Of a DNA stretch of 18,392 nucleotides, positions 6,871 through 18,178 are shown in pieces (within the stretch, counting starts at the first letter, position 1; each line of letters starts with the position of its first letter). Source of the stretch: Candidatus Sumerlaeaceae bacterium (lineage in GTDB: Bacteria; Sumerlaeota; Sumerlaeia; Sumerlaeales; Sumerlaeaceae). A program made the translations under genes and the position numbers. The stretch is taken from the NCBI GenBank assembly GCA_049968255.1, contig JBMFRB010000016.1:1-18392 (forward strand). Reading direction: 5' to 3'. The notes under the pieces are model-generated. The model saw only the letters and a program-made list of their open reading frames with translations. It had not been told where the DNA came from and did not search any database.

Positions 6871-8439
6871 ATGGCCAGACACATGAGATCGTTAATTTGC
6901 GCGATGGCTGTTCTGGTGGAGCTGATGGCGATCGAGGGGGCAGCACAGACCACGGTGACGGAGAAGATCAAGGGCATTTCCTACGCGGCGTGGTGGCCAG
7001 GCGATTACAGCAAGCCGGATGCCGACCTCGCGTTGGGGAAACTTGCAGCCACGGGCGCCAAAGATGTTTCGATCATTGTGACTCAGTACCAGCCGACTAT
7101 TGACTCGACAACGATAGCCCCTGCGGCCTCGACGCCAACCGACGAGGATGTGACCCACGCCATTCGTATGGCTAAGAACCTTGGGCTACGGGTGCTGCTC
7201 AAGCCACACGTCGACCTAAGTGCGGATCCCACTCACTGGCGCGGACAAATCGGCACGAATTTCGACGAGACGCAGTGGGCGCAGTGGTTTGCCTCGTATC
7301 AGAGTTTCATCCTCCATTACGCGCAAATCGCCGCAGCGGAAAACGTCGAGCGTTTTTGCGTGGGGACAGAACTCCTGGCGAGCCGGCCACGCGCTAGCCA
7401 GTGGCGTTCAGTCATTGCGGCTGTGCGCAGCGTCTTTCCGGGGGAGCTTGTCTACGCTGCGAATTTTGATCCCCATCCCGCCGATATCTCTTGGTGGGAT
7501 GCTGTGGATTATATCGGCATTGACGCGTACTATCCCCTCTCAACCAAAGATGATCCAACAACAGCGGAGCTCGCTGCGGCGTGGGCGGCCATCGTGCCGC
7601 AATTGAACACCTTAGCCACGTCGTGGACCAAGCCCATCGTGTTCACGGAAATCGGCTACCGCAGCTTGGATGGGGCGAACAAGCATCCGTGGGACTGGCA
7701 AATCGCCGGCTCGTGGGATCTGCAGGAGCAAAAAGAGTGCTACGAAGCGGCATTGCAGGCCGTTTGGAATCAGCCGTGGTTTGCTGGGATGTATTGGTGG
7801 TCGTGGGAGACCGAGCTGCTGCAAGGTGGCCCGTGCGACACGGGCTATACGCCGGCCGATAAGCCAGCCGAGGATGTGGTCCGCCAATGGTACGGCGGTC
7901 CTCCAGACAGTGATCCGCCTCTGCCAACGCCGAATCCAGCCCAACAACTGCCACTTTTTGACGAGGGGCTTCCCGCGGGATGGGAGAATTGGTCGTGGGG
8001 GACCACGAGCGTAAATTTCACGGCTACGGATCAGGTGACGAGCGGAAGCACTTCAATCTCGGCGGTGCTTATGCCGTGGGGTGGACTCCATTTGCACGGA
8101 CCGAACATCTCCACAAACGGGTTCTCTTACTTGGAATTCTACGCGCGCAAGGCTGCCGGGGCGCAGAGTTTTCGCGTGCTGCTGTTCGACGACAATGCCC
8201 AGGCGCTTCGGCGGGTCCGCCTCGAAGACTGCCGCTACACAGCAGGCACACCCATTGACGTCGAGCAATGGACGCTCGTGCGCGTCCCCCTCGAACACCT
8301 CGATGCAGTCAACCGCACGATCTCGGGGATTGCGTTCCAGAACTGGTCCGATTCCTCAGCGCAAATCTGGGTGGATGCTGCGCGCTTGATTGGTGGAACC
8401 CCAGTCCCTGTGGTCGTAAGCCTGCTCGAGATAGAGTGA
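6871..8439 (+). CDS. Secreted glycoside hydrolase family 113 (beta-mannanase-like) with Pro-rich linker and C-terminal CBM-like domain
   Basis: GAGGAG RBS before ATG 6871 (the ORF-track start at 6718 is probably too early) and a signal-peptide-like N-terminus. GH113 motifs GLRVLLKPHVD, WRGQI, WFASY, FCVGTEL (acid/base Glu), YAAN, WWDAVDYIGIDAYYPL, KPIVFTEIGYRS (nucleophile Glu) and GMYWWSW. Linker PPDSDPPLPTPNP, then a beta-rich domain starting GWENWSW. Confidence 0.9.
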   Translation: MARHMRSLICAMAVLVELMAIEGAAQTTVTEKIKGISYAAWWPGDYSKPDADLALGKLAATGAKDVSIIVTQYQPTIDSTTIAPAASTPTDEDVTHAIRMAKNLGLRVLLKPHVDLSADPTHWRGQIGTNFDETQWAQWFASYQSFILHYAQIAAAENVERFCVGTELLASRPRASQWRSVIAAVRSVFPGELVYAANFDPHPADISWWDAVDYIGIDAYYPLSTKDDPTTAELAAAWAAIVPQLNTLATSWTKPIVFTEIGYRSLDGANKHPWDWQIAGSWDLQEQKECYEAALQAVWNQPWFAGMYWWSWETELLQGGPCDTGYTPADKPAEDVVRQWYGGPPDSDPPLPTPNPAQQLPLFDEGLPAGWENWSWGTTSVNFTATDQVTSGSTSISAVLMPWGGLHLHGPNISTNGFSYLEFYARKAAGAQSFRVLLFDDNAQALRRVRLEDCRYTAGTPIDVEQWTLVRVPLEHLDAVNRTISGIAFQNWSDSSAQIWVDAARLIGGTPVPVVVSLLEIE

Positions 8440-8502
8440 GCCCAGCAAGCTCAGGCGAGTTCCGGATCACCACTCGAATTCTGCCCCCGGATTGCAGGCA
8501 AG

Positions 8503-8549
8503 AAAGCGTGCGTTGGTCAGGAGCGCGCGCTTTTCATTTTTTGTTTTTT
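8503..8549 (+). terminator. Rho-independent terminator after the GH113 gene
   Basis: Stem AAAGCGTGCG / CGCGCGCTTT (one G-U pair), followed by TCATTTTTTGTTTTTT. Confidence 0.65.
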
Positions 8550-8753
8550 GGGGAAGAAAACAAGCGCGGGCTTCTTGACCACAGGGTCTACTTTGACCAG
8601 CAAAAATAGAGAATTTTTTATCGAGAGATTTTTCTTGATTCGTGGTATGAGTTGTTGGACCATTTTTATTGAAATGAAGAGTAAATCGGTGCCAATATCA
8701 TATCCAGAGCTCGCGAAAGCGATGCTCTTAGGGCCACTTCAGAAGGAGCGGGC

Positions 8754-9284
8754 GTGACCATGTTGAGCGTGATGTCGAAATACACGAAGCCCACGCCGCC
8801 TTCTTCGGATACCCGCTGGAAACTGCTCGAGGCTACGATGCGTCGCCATGGCTACAAGGCCAGCTCACTCATCGAGTGTCTCCACACTGTGCAGGAGGCC
8901 TTTGGGTATCTTGACGAAGAAGCAATGCGCTACGTGGCGTACTCGCTGCGCGTACCCCTAAGCAAGGTGTACGGCGTAGCCACGTTTTATCATTTTTTCA
9001 CTCTGAAGCCGCAGGGGCGCCACACGTGTGTGGTGTGCACGGGTACAGCTTGCTACATCAAGGGCGCCGGCAACCTGATCGCGGCGATCGAGAAGAAACA
9101 CAAGGTGAAACCGGGCGACACGAGCCCGGACGGCGAGCTTTCGTTGTTGACCGCGCGTTGCTTTGGCTGCTGCGGCCTTGCGCCTGCTGCGGTCATTGAC
9201 GGTGAAGTCGCCGGAAAACTCACCCCTGAAGAAATCCTCGAACGGATCGAGAAGAAGGTGACGAGCCATGACCATGCATCCTGA
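8754..9284 (+). CDS. hoxE: Bidirectional [NiFe] hydrogenase diaphorase subunit HoxE (NuoE-like, 2Fe-2S)
   Basis: [41 protein letters not shown] and [17 protein letters not shown] 5 nt before GTG 8754. Confidence 0.95.
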   Translation: MTMLSVMSKYTKPTPPSSDTRWKLLEATMRRHGYKASSLIECLHTVQEAFGYLDEEAMRYVAYSLRVPLSKVYGVATFYHFFTLKPQGRHTCVVCTGTACYIKGAGNLIAAIEKKHKVKPGDTSPDGELSLLTARCFGCCGLAPAAVIDGEVAGKLTPEEILERIEKKVTSHDHAS

Positions 9285-10920
9285 AGATCTCGAACAACTG
9301 GCGCAGGCGCGCCGCGAGGAGCTCTCACAGTACCGCCACCGTATTTGCGTGTGCTTGGCAGCGGGATGCCTCTCGTCGGGCGCTGATAAGGTGAAAGCTG
9401 CTCTCGAGGCTGCCGTGAAAGAGCGAGGCCTGGAGAAGGACGTTCTCGTCAAGGGCGTCGGCTGCATGGGTCCTTGCGCGGCCGGTCCCCTCGTGGCCGT
9501 GGACATTGACGGTGTAGTTTACCACGACGTGACGCCTGAGGACGTTCCTGCTATCCTCGACTCGCTAGACAAGAAACCCGTGAAGCGCCTCGAAATGCCG
9601 GTGGACTCGCCGCTCTTCAAGCGCCAAATGCGCATCGTCTTGGAAAACTCGGGCAAAATAGACCCCGAGTCGCTTGAAGATTACGTGGCGGCACATGGCT
9701 ACGCAGCTCTCTTCAAGGCTGTGACAGAAATGTCGCCGGGGGAAGTGATCGAGCAGGTCACGATGAGTGGCTTGCGTGGACGCGGTGGCGCAGGTTATCC
9801 GACTGGCCTGAAATGGAGTACTGTTGCCAAGGCACGCGGCCCCCGCAAGTTTGTGATCTGCAATGCCGACGAAGGCGATCCGGGCGCTTTCATGGACCGA
9901 AGCGTGCTGGAGAGCGATCCGCACCGTGTGCTCGAGGGTATGGCTATTGCGGCTTATGCGGTTGGGGCGGACATGGGCTACCTCTACGTGCGGGCCGAGT
10001 ATCCGCTGGCGGTGAAACGCCTCAAGCAAGCCATCAAACAAGCCGAACGCCAGGGCTTTCTGGGCAACAACATCTGCGGATCCACGTTCAACTTCCACGT
10101 GGACATTCGCCTTGGGGCAGGCGCTTTTGTCTGCGGCGAGGAGACGGCGCTCATTGCCTCGATCGAGGGCAATCGCGGCCAGCCACGCCCTCGCCCACCC
10201 TTCCCTGCCGAGGTGGGCCTGTGGGGCTGCCCAACCCTTATTAATAATGTGGAGACGTTTGCGAACATCGCTCCGATCATCCGCAACGGGGGTGAGTGGT
10301 TCGCATCGATTGGAACTGAGAAGAGTAAGGGCACGAAAGTGTTCGCGCTTGCAGGCCGCGTGGTGAACACGGGGCTTATCGAGGTTCCTATGGGCATCAC
10401 GCTACGCGAGATTATTTTCGATATTGGTGGCGGCATTCCTGACGGCAAGCATTTCAAAGCGGTACAAACGGGCGGCCCGTCGGGGGGGTGCATCCCTGAG
10501 CAGTTCCTCGATATGCCCGTGGACTACGAATCGTTGGCGAGCGTGGGCTCGATCATGGGGTCGGGCGGCATGATCGTTATGGATGAAACCTCGTGCATGG
10601 TGGACGTGGCCAAGTTCTTTATGGAATTCTGCATGACCGAGTCGTGCGGCAAATGCGTGCCGTGCCGTGTGGGGACGGTGCATATGTACAATTTACTCGA
10701 CCGCATGACGAAGGGTTTGGCGCGCATGGAGGACCTCGACCTGCTCGAGGAGCTGTGTGACATGGTGCGCCACACGAGTCTCTGCGGGCTTGGTCAAACA
10801 GCGCCCAATCCCGTTATTAGCACGCTGCGCTACTTCCGCGACGAGTATGTGGCGCACATCCAGGAAAAGAGATGCCCCGCTGGCGTTTGCCAGATGGCTG
10901 AAGCGGAGGTGTACGTATGA
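9268..10920 (+). CDS. hoxF: Bidirectional hydrogenase diaphorase subunit HoxF (FMN/NAD-binding, NuoF-like)
   Basis: N-terminal 2Fe-2S domain (CLAAGC...GCMGPC), [49 protein letters not shown] and [10 protein letters not shown]...SLCGLG. The start may be 9274. Confidence 0.96.
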   Translation: MTMHPEDLEQLAQARREELSQYRHRICVCLAAGCLSSGADKVKAALEAAVKERGLEKDVLVKGVGCMGPCAAGPLVAVDIDGVVYHDVTPEDVPAILDSLDKKPVKRLEMPVDSPLFKRQMRIVLENSGKIDPESLEDYVAAHGYAALFKAVTEMSPGEVIEQVTMSGLRGRGGAGYPTGLKWSTVAKARGPRKFVICNADEGDPGAFMDRSVLESDPHRVLEGMAIAAYAVGADMGYLYVRAEYPLAVKRLKQAIKQAERQGFLGNNICGSTFNFHVDIRLGAGAFVCGEETALIASIEGNRGQPRPRPPFPAEVGLWGCPTLINNVETFANIAPIIRNGGEWFASIGTEKSKGTKVFALAGRVVNTGLIEVPMGITLREIIFDIGGGIPDGKHFKAVQTGGPSGGCIPEQFLDMPVDYESLASVGSIMGSGGMIVMDETSCMVDVAKFFMEFCMTESCGKCVPCRVGTVHMYNLLDRMTKGLARMEDLDLLEELCDMVRHTSLCGLGQTAPNPVISTLRYFRDEYVAHIQEKRCPAGVCQMAEAEVYV

Positions 10921-11648
10921 CCCCAGTGACTGTACAACAAGCACGAGTCAAGACGCTAAAAATCGACGGGCGCGACGTGAGCGCCAGCGGTGATCAGACG
11001 ATTCTTGAGGTCGCACGCGAGAACGGTATTGAAATCCCCACGCTCTGTTACCTCCAAGGGCTTACGCCCGTGGGCGCTTGCCGCATGTGTTTAGTTGAGG
11101 TCAAGGGCGTGAACAAGCTCTTGCCGGCATGTGTGACGCGGGTTCACGAGAACATGGAGGTTTTCACCGACAGCCCCCGCCTCCGCAAGTACCGCCGCAT
11201 GGTGCTCGAGTTTCTCTTCACGGAGCGCAATCACATCTGCGCGGTGTGTGTGTCGAACGGTCACTGCGAGCTTCAATCGTTGGCCCAGCAGCAGGGCATG
11301 ACCCACGTGCGGGTACCGTACCTTTACCAGAAATTGCATGTGGATGCCTCTCATTCTCGCTACACGGTGGACCACAACCGCTGTGTCCTGTGTACGCGGT
11401 GCGTGCGCGTGTGTGATGAGATCGAAGGCGCCCACACATGGGATGTCTTCCATCGGGGCATCAAGGCGCGTGTGATCACTGATCTTAACCAGCCGTGGGG
11501 CACTTCGGAAACCTGCACGAGTTGTGGCAAATGTGTCCACGTGTGCCCCACAGGCGCCCTCACGGAGAAGGGTGTGAGCGTGGCGGAGATGGCCAAGCGG
11601 CGCCAATTTTTGCCCTACCTAACCATGATGCGGGAGGAACGCGGATGA
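10917..11648 (+). CDS. hoxU: Bidirectional hydrogenase diaphorase Fe-S subunit HoxU
   Basis: IPTLC...GACRMCLVE...LPAC, HICAVC...[13 protein letters not shown] and [20 protein letters not shown] overlap with hoxF. Confidence 0.96.
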   Translation: MTPVTVQQARVKTLKIDGRDVSASGDQTILEVARENGIEIPTLCYLQGLTPVGACRMCLVEVKGVNKLLPACVTRVHENMEVFTDSPRLRKYRRMVLEFLFTERNHICAVCVSNGHCELQSLAQQQGMTHVRVPYLYQKLHVDASHSRYTVDHNRCVLCTRCVRVCDEIEGAHTWDVFHRGIKARVITDLNQPWGTSETCTSCGKCVHVCPTGALTEKGVSVAEMAKRRQFLPYLTMMREERG

Positions 11649-12184
11649 GCACCAACAAAGTGAAAGTTGCAACTGTGTGGCTAGACGGTTGCTCGGGATG
11701 CCACATGTCGTTTTTGGACATGGATGAGCGGCTTGTCGAGCTGGCTGACAAAATTGAGCTCGTCTACAGCCCGCTCGTGGACATGAAAGATTTCCCGGGG
11801 ATGGTGGACGTTACCCTCGTCGAGGGAGCTGTCGCCACTGTGGAGGATCTTCATAAAATTCGGAAAATTCGCGAGCACACGAAGATTCTCGTGTCGCTGG
11901 GCGATTGCGCGGTCACGTCGAACGTGCCCTCGATGCGCAATCCTTTCACACTGGAAGAGGTCCTGAGCCGCGCTTATCTGGAAAACGCAGACCTCAACCT
12001 GCAGGTCCCGCAGGAGGTTATCCCGAAGCTGCTCCCCCATGCGCGGCCCGTGCACGAAATTGTGAAGGTGGACGTCTTCATCCCCGGCTGTCCCCCCTCG
12101 GCGGATACGATCTATTTCGCAATCAGTGAACTGCTGGAGGGCCGCATCCCCGAGCTGACCGAAAAAACGCGCTTTGGAGCCTAG
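11645..12184 (+). CDS. hoxY: [NiFe] hydrogenase small subunit HoxY
   Basis: The true start is ATG 11645 (ATGA overlap with hoxU, GGAGG RBS). Motifs [22 protein letters not shown] and IPGCPP; about 179 aa, the single-cluster size typical of group 3d. Confidence 0.96.
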   Translation: MSTNKVKVATVWLDGCSGCHMSFLDMDERLVELADKIELVYSPLVDMKDFPGMVDVTLVEGAVATVEDLHKIRKIREHTKILVSLGDCAVTSNVPSMRNPFTLEEVLSRAYLENADLNLQVPQEVIPKLLPHARPVHEIVKVDVFIPGCPPSADTIYFAISELLEGRIPELTEKTRFGA

Positions 12185-12196
12185 AGGAGAATCACC

Positions 12197-13621
12197 ATGG
12201 CACGAACAATCACCATTGATCCCGTAACGCGCATCGAAGGTCACGCGAAGATTACCATTATGCTCAACGATGAGGGCATGGTGGAGGATGCGCGCTTTCA
12301 CGTGACGCAGTATCGTGGGTTTGAGAAACTCTGCGAGGGGCGCCCCTTTTCCGAGATGCCTTCGCTGATGGCGCGCACGTGCGGCATTTGCCCCGTGAGC
12401 CATCTGCTGGCCTCATCGAAAGCTTGCGACGCGCTGCTGGCGGTGAAGGTGCCGCGCACAGGCCGCTTGTTGCGCCGCGTGCTAAACCTGGGCCAAATCA
12501 TCCAGTCGCACGCGCTCAGTTTTTTCCACTTGTCGTCGCCGGATTTTCTGCTCGGCATGGATGCGCCCCCTGAAAGGCGCAATCTCTTTGCGCTGGTGAG
12601 CTCGCACCCCACCATCGCCCGCGATGGCATTGCGTTGCGCAAGTTCGGTCAGCAGGTCATCGAGCGACTGGCCGGAAAACGTATCCATCCGGCTTGGTGC
12701 GTGCCGGGCGGGGTGAGCGACCCCCTCGATCAGGACAGTCGCGACGCCATCCTGGCCGAAATTCCCCAAGCCATGGCGATTGCCACACGGACGTTGGAGT
12801 GGTACAAAAAGACCTTCCGGCAATTTGCCGAGGAGATTGCCACGTTTGCGAACTTCCCCACGCTGTTCATGGGTCTTGTGGACGAGGACGGAAACCTCGA
12901 ATTCACCGACGGCAAGGTGCGCGTGGTGGATAGCGCCGGCAACATTATCGCGGACCAGCTCGACATTGCCGACTATCAGGAGTTCATCGGCGAGGCGGTG
13001 GAGCCTTACAGCTACCTCAAGTCGCCTTATTATAAGCCCTTAGGGTACCCCGATGGGATTTACCGCGTGGGACCGCTGGCGCGGCTCAACATCGCCGACC
13101 GCTGCAACACGCCCCGCGCTGACGAAGAATGGGCGGAGTTCCGCGAGCTTGATCGTCGCGTGGTGCTTAGTTCTTTCCATTATCATTATGCGCGCCTCAT
13201 TGAGATCGTGGCGTGCTTGGAACAAATGGAAAAGATCCTGCGCGATCCAGAAATTCTCGACACCCACGTGCGGGCCCACGCCGAACCGAATGCGTTCGAA
13301 GGCGTGGGGGTCTCGGAGGCGCCACGCGGCATGCTGTTGCATCACTATCGCATTGATCGCAACGGTCTTATCACGTGGGCTAACCTGATCATCGCCACGG
13401 GCCACAATAACCTGGCGATGAACCGCGGCGTGTTGCAGGCCGCTAAGCATTTCGTGCGCGGTGAGAAGATCGAGGAAGGCATGCTCAACCGCGTCGAGGC
13501 GGTCATCCGGTGCTACGACCCGTGTCTGAGCTGCTCGACCCACGCTATCGGTCAGATGCCGCTCGAGGTCGAGCTTGTCGGGCCGCGTGGAGAGGTGCTT
13601 GACCACGTGCGTCGCGACTGA
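12197..13621 (+). CDS. hoxH: [NiFe] hydrogenase large subunit HoxH (group 3d)
   Basis: IDPVTRIEGH, L1 RTCGICPVSH, EAPRG..LHHY, and L2 YDPCLSCSTH followed by a 25-aa cleavable extension. GAGGAG RBS. Confidence 0.97.
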   Translation: MARTITIDPVTRIEGHAKITIMLNDEGMVEDARFHVTQYRGFEKLCEGRPFSEMPSLMARTCGICPVSHLLASSKACDALLAVKVPRTGRLLRRVLNLGQIIQSHALSFFHLSSPDFLLGMDAPPERRNLFALVSSHPTIARDGIALRKFGQQVIERLAGKRIHPAWCVPGGVSDPLDQDSRDAILAEIPQAMAIATRTLEWYKKTFRQFAEEIATFANFPTLFMGLVDEDGNLEFTDGKVRVVDSAGNIIADQLDIADYQEFIGEAVEPYSYLKSPYYKPLGYPDGIYRVGPLARLNIADRCNTPRADEEWAEFRELDRRVVLSSFHYHYARLIEIVACLEQMEKILRDPEILDTHVRAHAEPNAFEGVGVSEAPRGMLLHHYRIDRNGLITWANLIIATGHNNLAMNRGVLQAAKHFVRGEKIEEGMLNRVEAVIRCYDPCLSCSTHAIGQMPLEVELVGPRGEVLDHVRRD

Positions 13622-14103
13622 TGAAACGAATTCTTGTCATTGGCTACGGAAATCCCTTGCGTGGCGACGACGGCGTAGGTTGGCACGTCGCCACGCAGCT
13701 TTTCGAACATATGGGCGCCGAGCGTTGCGACGTCCGGACATTGCACCAACTCGTGCCTGAGCTGGTGGATGATTTGGCACGTTCCGAGCTCGCAGTCTTG
13801 ATTGATGCTAGTGCCGACCACTCCCCTGGCAGCGTGCGCATCCGCGAGCTGCAGTGCAAGGCTCTGCCAAAAGAAGGGGGCACGTTTAGTCATCACGTCG
13901 GTCCTGGCGAACTTCTCACGCTCACTGCCACACTCTACGGTCGTATCCCTCGCACTTTCCTCTGTACCATCGGCGGCGAGGATTTCGGCTACAGTGAACG
14001 TCTTTCACAAACGGCCCAGACCGCGGTGCAACAGGCTATGGCTTTGATCGTTGCTCTCTTGCGGTGCGTAGAAGAGGGGCTGTGCCCCGACGCCAGATCG
14101 TAG
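13621..14103 (+). CDS. hoxW: Hydrogenase maturation protease (HoxW-type)
   Basis: LVIGYGNPLRGDDGVG, HQLVPEL, LIDA and FSHH. TGATG overlap with hoxH. Confidence 0.92.
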   Translation: MKRILVIGYGNPLRGDDGVGWHVATQLFEHMGAERCDVRTLHQLVPELVDDLARSELAVLIDASADHSPGSVRIRELQCKALPKEGGTFSHHVGPGELLTLTATLYGRIPRTFLCTIGGEDFGYSERLSQTAQTAVQQAMALIVALLRCVEEGLCPDARS

Positions 14104-14257
14104 CCATATCCCGCGGAGTCTGAACAGCCTATTGTCCTGTCGTGCGTGGTCTTGCGCTCGGATCACAAACGATTGGCGCCGTTTTGAAAAGCAAGGGGCG
14201 GTCGCGGTGTGTGGTGGTGCCAATGCGCTACCGATGAGGAAAATCAAGATCGGCTTT

Positions 14258-14962
14258 TCAACAAAGGCGATCGGCATTCTCGGCTTCATCGACAAGCCAG
14301 AGCAGGGCTTGGCGCCAGAGCCGAGCCGTGGTGGCTGGGCTGAGCGCGTGCGACCATGCTGGTCCCATATCGAGAAACATCGTGAGACCAGCGCCAGGGC
14401 GTGGCCCACCCTTCGCACACAGCGCCAAAGGGATATGGTCGCCATTGGCTAGTCGCCCAAGAGCCAACGTGTCGGAATCCATCCCTGGGCGCGCCATTGC
14501 TCCTACGGCCGGCGCGTTGGCCAGGTGTGTGCCGTGGAGTTCGGCCAAAAATGCGGCACTTTCAGCGTAGATTTCCAAATCGCAGGGAGAATCGAGAGCG
14601 GACGGGGGATGGAGGGGGGAAAGGAGCTCGTAACCGACGAGCTCGCCATAGCGCGGCCAATCGGGAAAACTGGCCACCCCCTCGGGAGTGCTCACAATGG
14701 GCCGACCCGAGGAAACGAAAGCGCCAAAGTTTTGTTTCTGTTCGCGCGTGAGCGGCATGTATGATTCGCCTGCGGCCGGCGAATGATAGCCGGCGAGCAC
14801 GAGCACATGGCAACGCGCAAGGTGAGAGAAAACTTCACCGCCTGGGTAGGCTTCGAGAATAAATTTGTCTTCCAGAGCACGGGCGACCAGAGCGGCAAAC
14901 AACGCCGTAGCCTCAGCATGAGCTCCGCCAATCATCACCACGATGCGTTTCTTAGATGTCAT
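14258..14962 (-). CDS. ThuA-like (class I GATase-like fold) protein, divergent
   Basis: LTREQKQNFGAFVSSGRPIV...SFPDWPRYGELVG, and C-terminal GAGLTMFLDMG...RLWRQALLWL, resemble ThuA-domain patterns. AAGGGG RBS before the ATG. Confidence 0.6.
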   Translation of the reverse strand: MTSKKRIVVMIGGAHAEATALFAALVARALEDKFILEAYPGGEVFSHLARCHVLVLAGYHSPAAGESYMPLTREQKQNFGAFVSSGRPIVSTPEGVASFPDWPRYGELVGYELLSPLHPPSALDSPCDLEIYAESAAFLAELHGTHLANAPAVGAMARPGMDSDTLALGRLANGDHIPLALCAKGGPRPGAGLTMFLDMGPAWSHALSPATTARLWRQALLWLVDEAENADRLC

Positions 14963-15443
14963 CGAACAGCCCCTTATTCCCCAAATCGTTGCCCGAGCAA
15001 GTTATGCCCGTCCGACTTTTATCGCGCGTTGAACTGGACGAGGAAAATTTGATGCGCAACAGGAAAATTGCGGAGTTATTTAGCATATCTTATCAACATG
15101 ATAACGAACTGGCGCGGCGGATTCCACTGAGGCAAACTTAGGCACAAGTGTCGCCTCCTCTTCACGTCGTTCGCGAGATGTTCGTGGGGAAAATCGTGGC
15201 TCACCGGCACTATGACTGATGGCGACGGATTGCTCTGCCTGAGCGCCTGTCCCCGACACGGCTGGCCCATCCCACGGTGACGCGAGGACAAGGGGGATGT
15301 GGCCCCGACCGCACCCACGAGCAATAGGACACGGACCGCTCGTGTGCCTCGTGGTGAGCAGTCGCGTCAACCCACCCGACCGCGCGGTTGAGGACCCTGC
15401 CGCGGAGCAGCAAAAAATTTTTCGGTTTTTTTGGTTGCGCCCC

Positions 15444-15471
15444 TTGCACTTTTCCGCGCGCGTTGTAGTGT
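15444..15471 (+). promoter_or_regulatory. Putative sigma70 promoter of speA with upstream A/T tracts
   Basis: TTGCAC (15444-15449), 16 bp spacer, TAGTGT (15466-15471). A/T tracts at about 15412-15432 could act as an UP element. Confidence 0.4.
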
Positions 15472-15533
15472 GTAATCCGCGAGCTTAATGCGCGTTTGCG
15501 AATCTCATTGGGCGAGGATGATTGCGAAGCGCG

Positions 15534-17525
<1,992 letters not shown>

Positions 17526-17539
17526 AGGGAAGACGCGGC

Positions 17540-18013
17540 ATGTATCTCATCTCGGCATGTTTGATTGGCTGCGAGGTCACGTGGCGCGCGGGGGCGAACG
17601 CGCATGAGGTGTTCGCGGAGCTCGTGCGGGCGCATCACGCGATCCCCGTCTGCCCCGAGCAGCTCGGGGGGCTACCCACGCCACGGCCGCCCGCGGAAAT
17701 CGTCGGCGGCTCCGGCGAGGACGTGCTCGAAGGGGGAGCTCGGGTGCTGACGGCCGACGGACGTGATGTGACGGAGAATTTCCTGCGGGGGGCCCGCGAG
17801 GTGCTGCGGCTGGCCGAGCTCGTTCGGCCCGAGCTCATTATCCTCAAGGAGCGTAGTCCTTCGTGCGGAGTGCGCCAGATCTACGACGGCACGTTCTCCG
17901 GCACCCTGCGGGCGGGATGCGGCGTGACCACCGCGCTGCTGCGGCGCCATGGCTGGCCCGTCACGAGTGACGAAGAATTCCTCGGCGCATCGCCCCGCCC
18001 TGCCGGATCCTGA
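17540..18013 (+). CDS. DUF523 / TudS-family (thio-uracil desulfidase-like, Fe-S) protein
   Basis: ISACLIG, PVCPEQLGGLPTPRPPAEI, GRDVTENFLRGA, ILKERSPSCG and GCGVTTALL. Starts 14 bp after the speA stop. Confidence 0.92.
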   Translation: MYLISACLIGCEVTWRAGANAHEVFAELVRAHHAIPVCPEQLGGLPTPRPPAEIVGGSGEDVLEGGARVLTADGRDVTENFLRGAREVLRLAELVRPELIILKERSPSCGVRQIYDGTFSGTLRAGCGVTTALLRRHGWPVTSDEEFLGASPRPAGS

Positions 18014-18178
18014 CCCGCGGCACCTTTTGCACACTCGTCGTGGCCTTTGCGCAAAAACTCTTGCGCGCCACGCGTGCACGTGTGCTTATTGCCCCTTACG
18101 AAGTGTCGCGCGCGTGGTGGCAGGCACGACGCGCGAGTAGGTCTTTATGCCCGACTCAAGGAGGAGTGAATTTTCCCT

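Noticed and set aside
11495-11644. Extended hoxY N-terminus from the ORF track
   Set aside because: Overlaps hoxU by about 150 bp. ATG 11645 has an RBS and an ATGA overlap.
8754-11648. Annotation as complex I nuoEFG or an [FeFe] hydrogenase
   Set aside because: Followed directly by [NiFe] small and large subunits and a protease. HoxU lacks an H-cluster or NuoG C-terminal domain.
15139-15156. GG-N10-GC sigma54-like element (TAGGCACAAGTGTCGCC)
   Set aside because: Lacks the TGG and TTGC flanks, so a chance match is likely, and it lies about 380 bp from speA.
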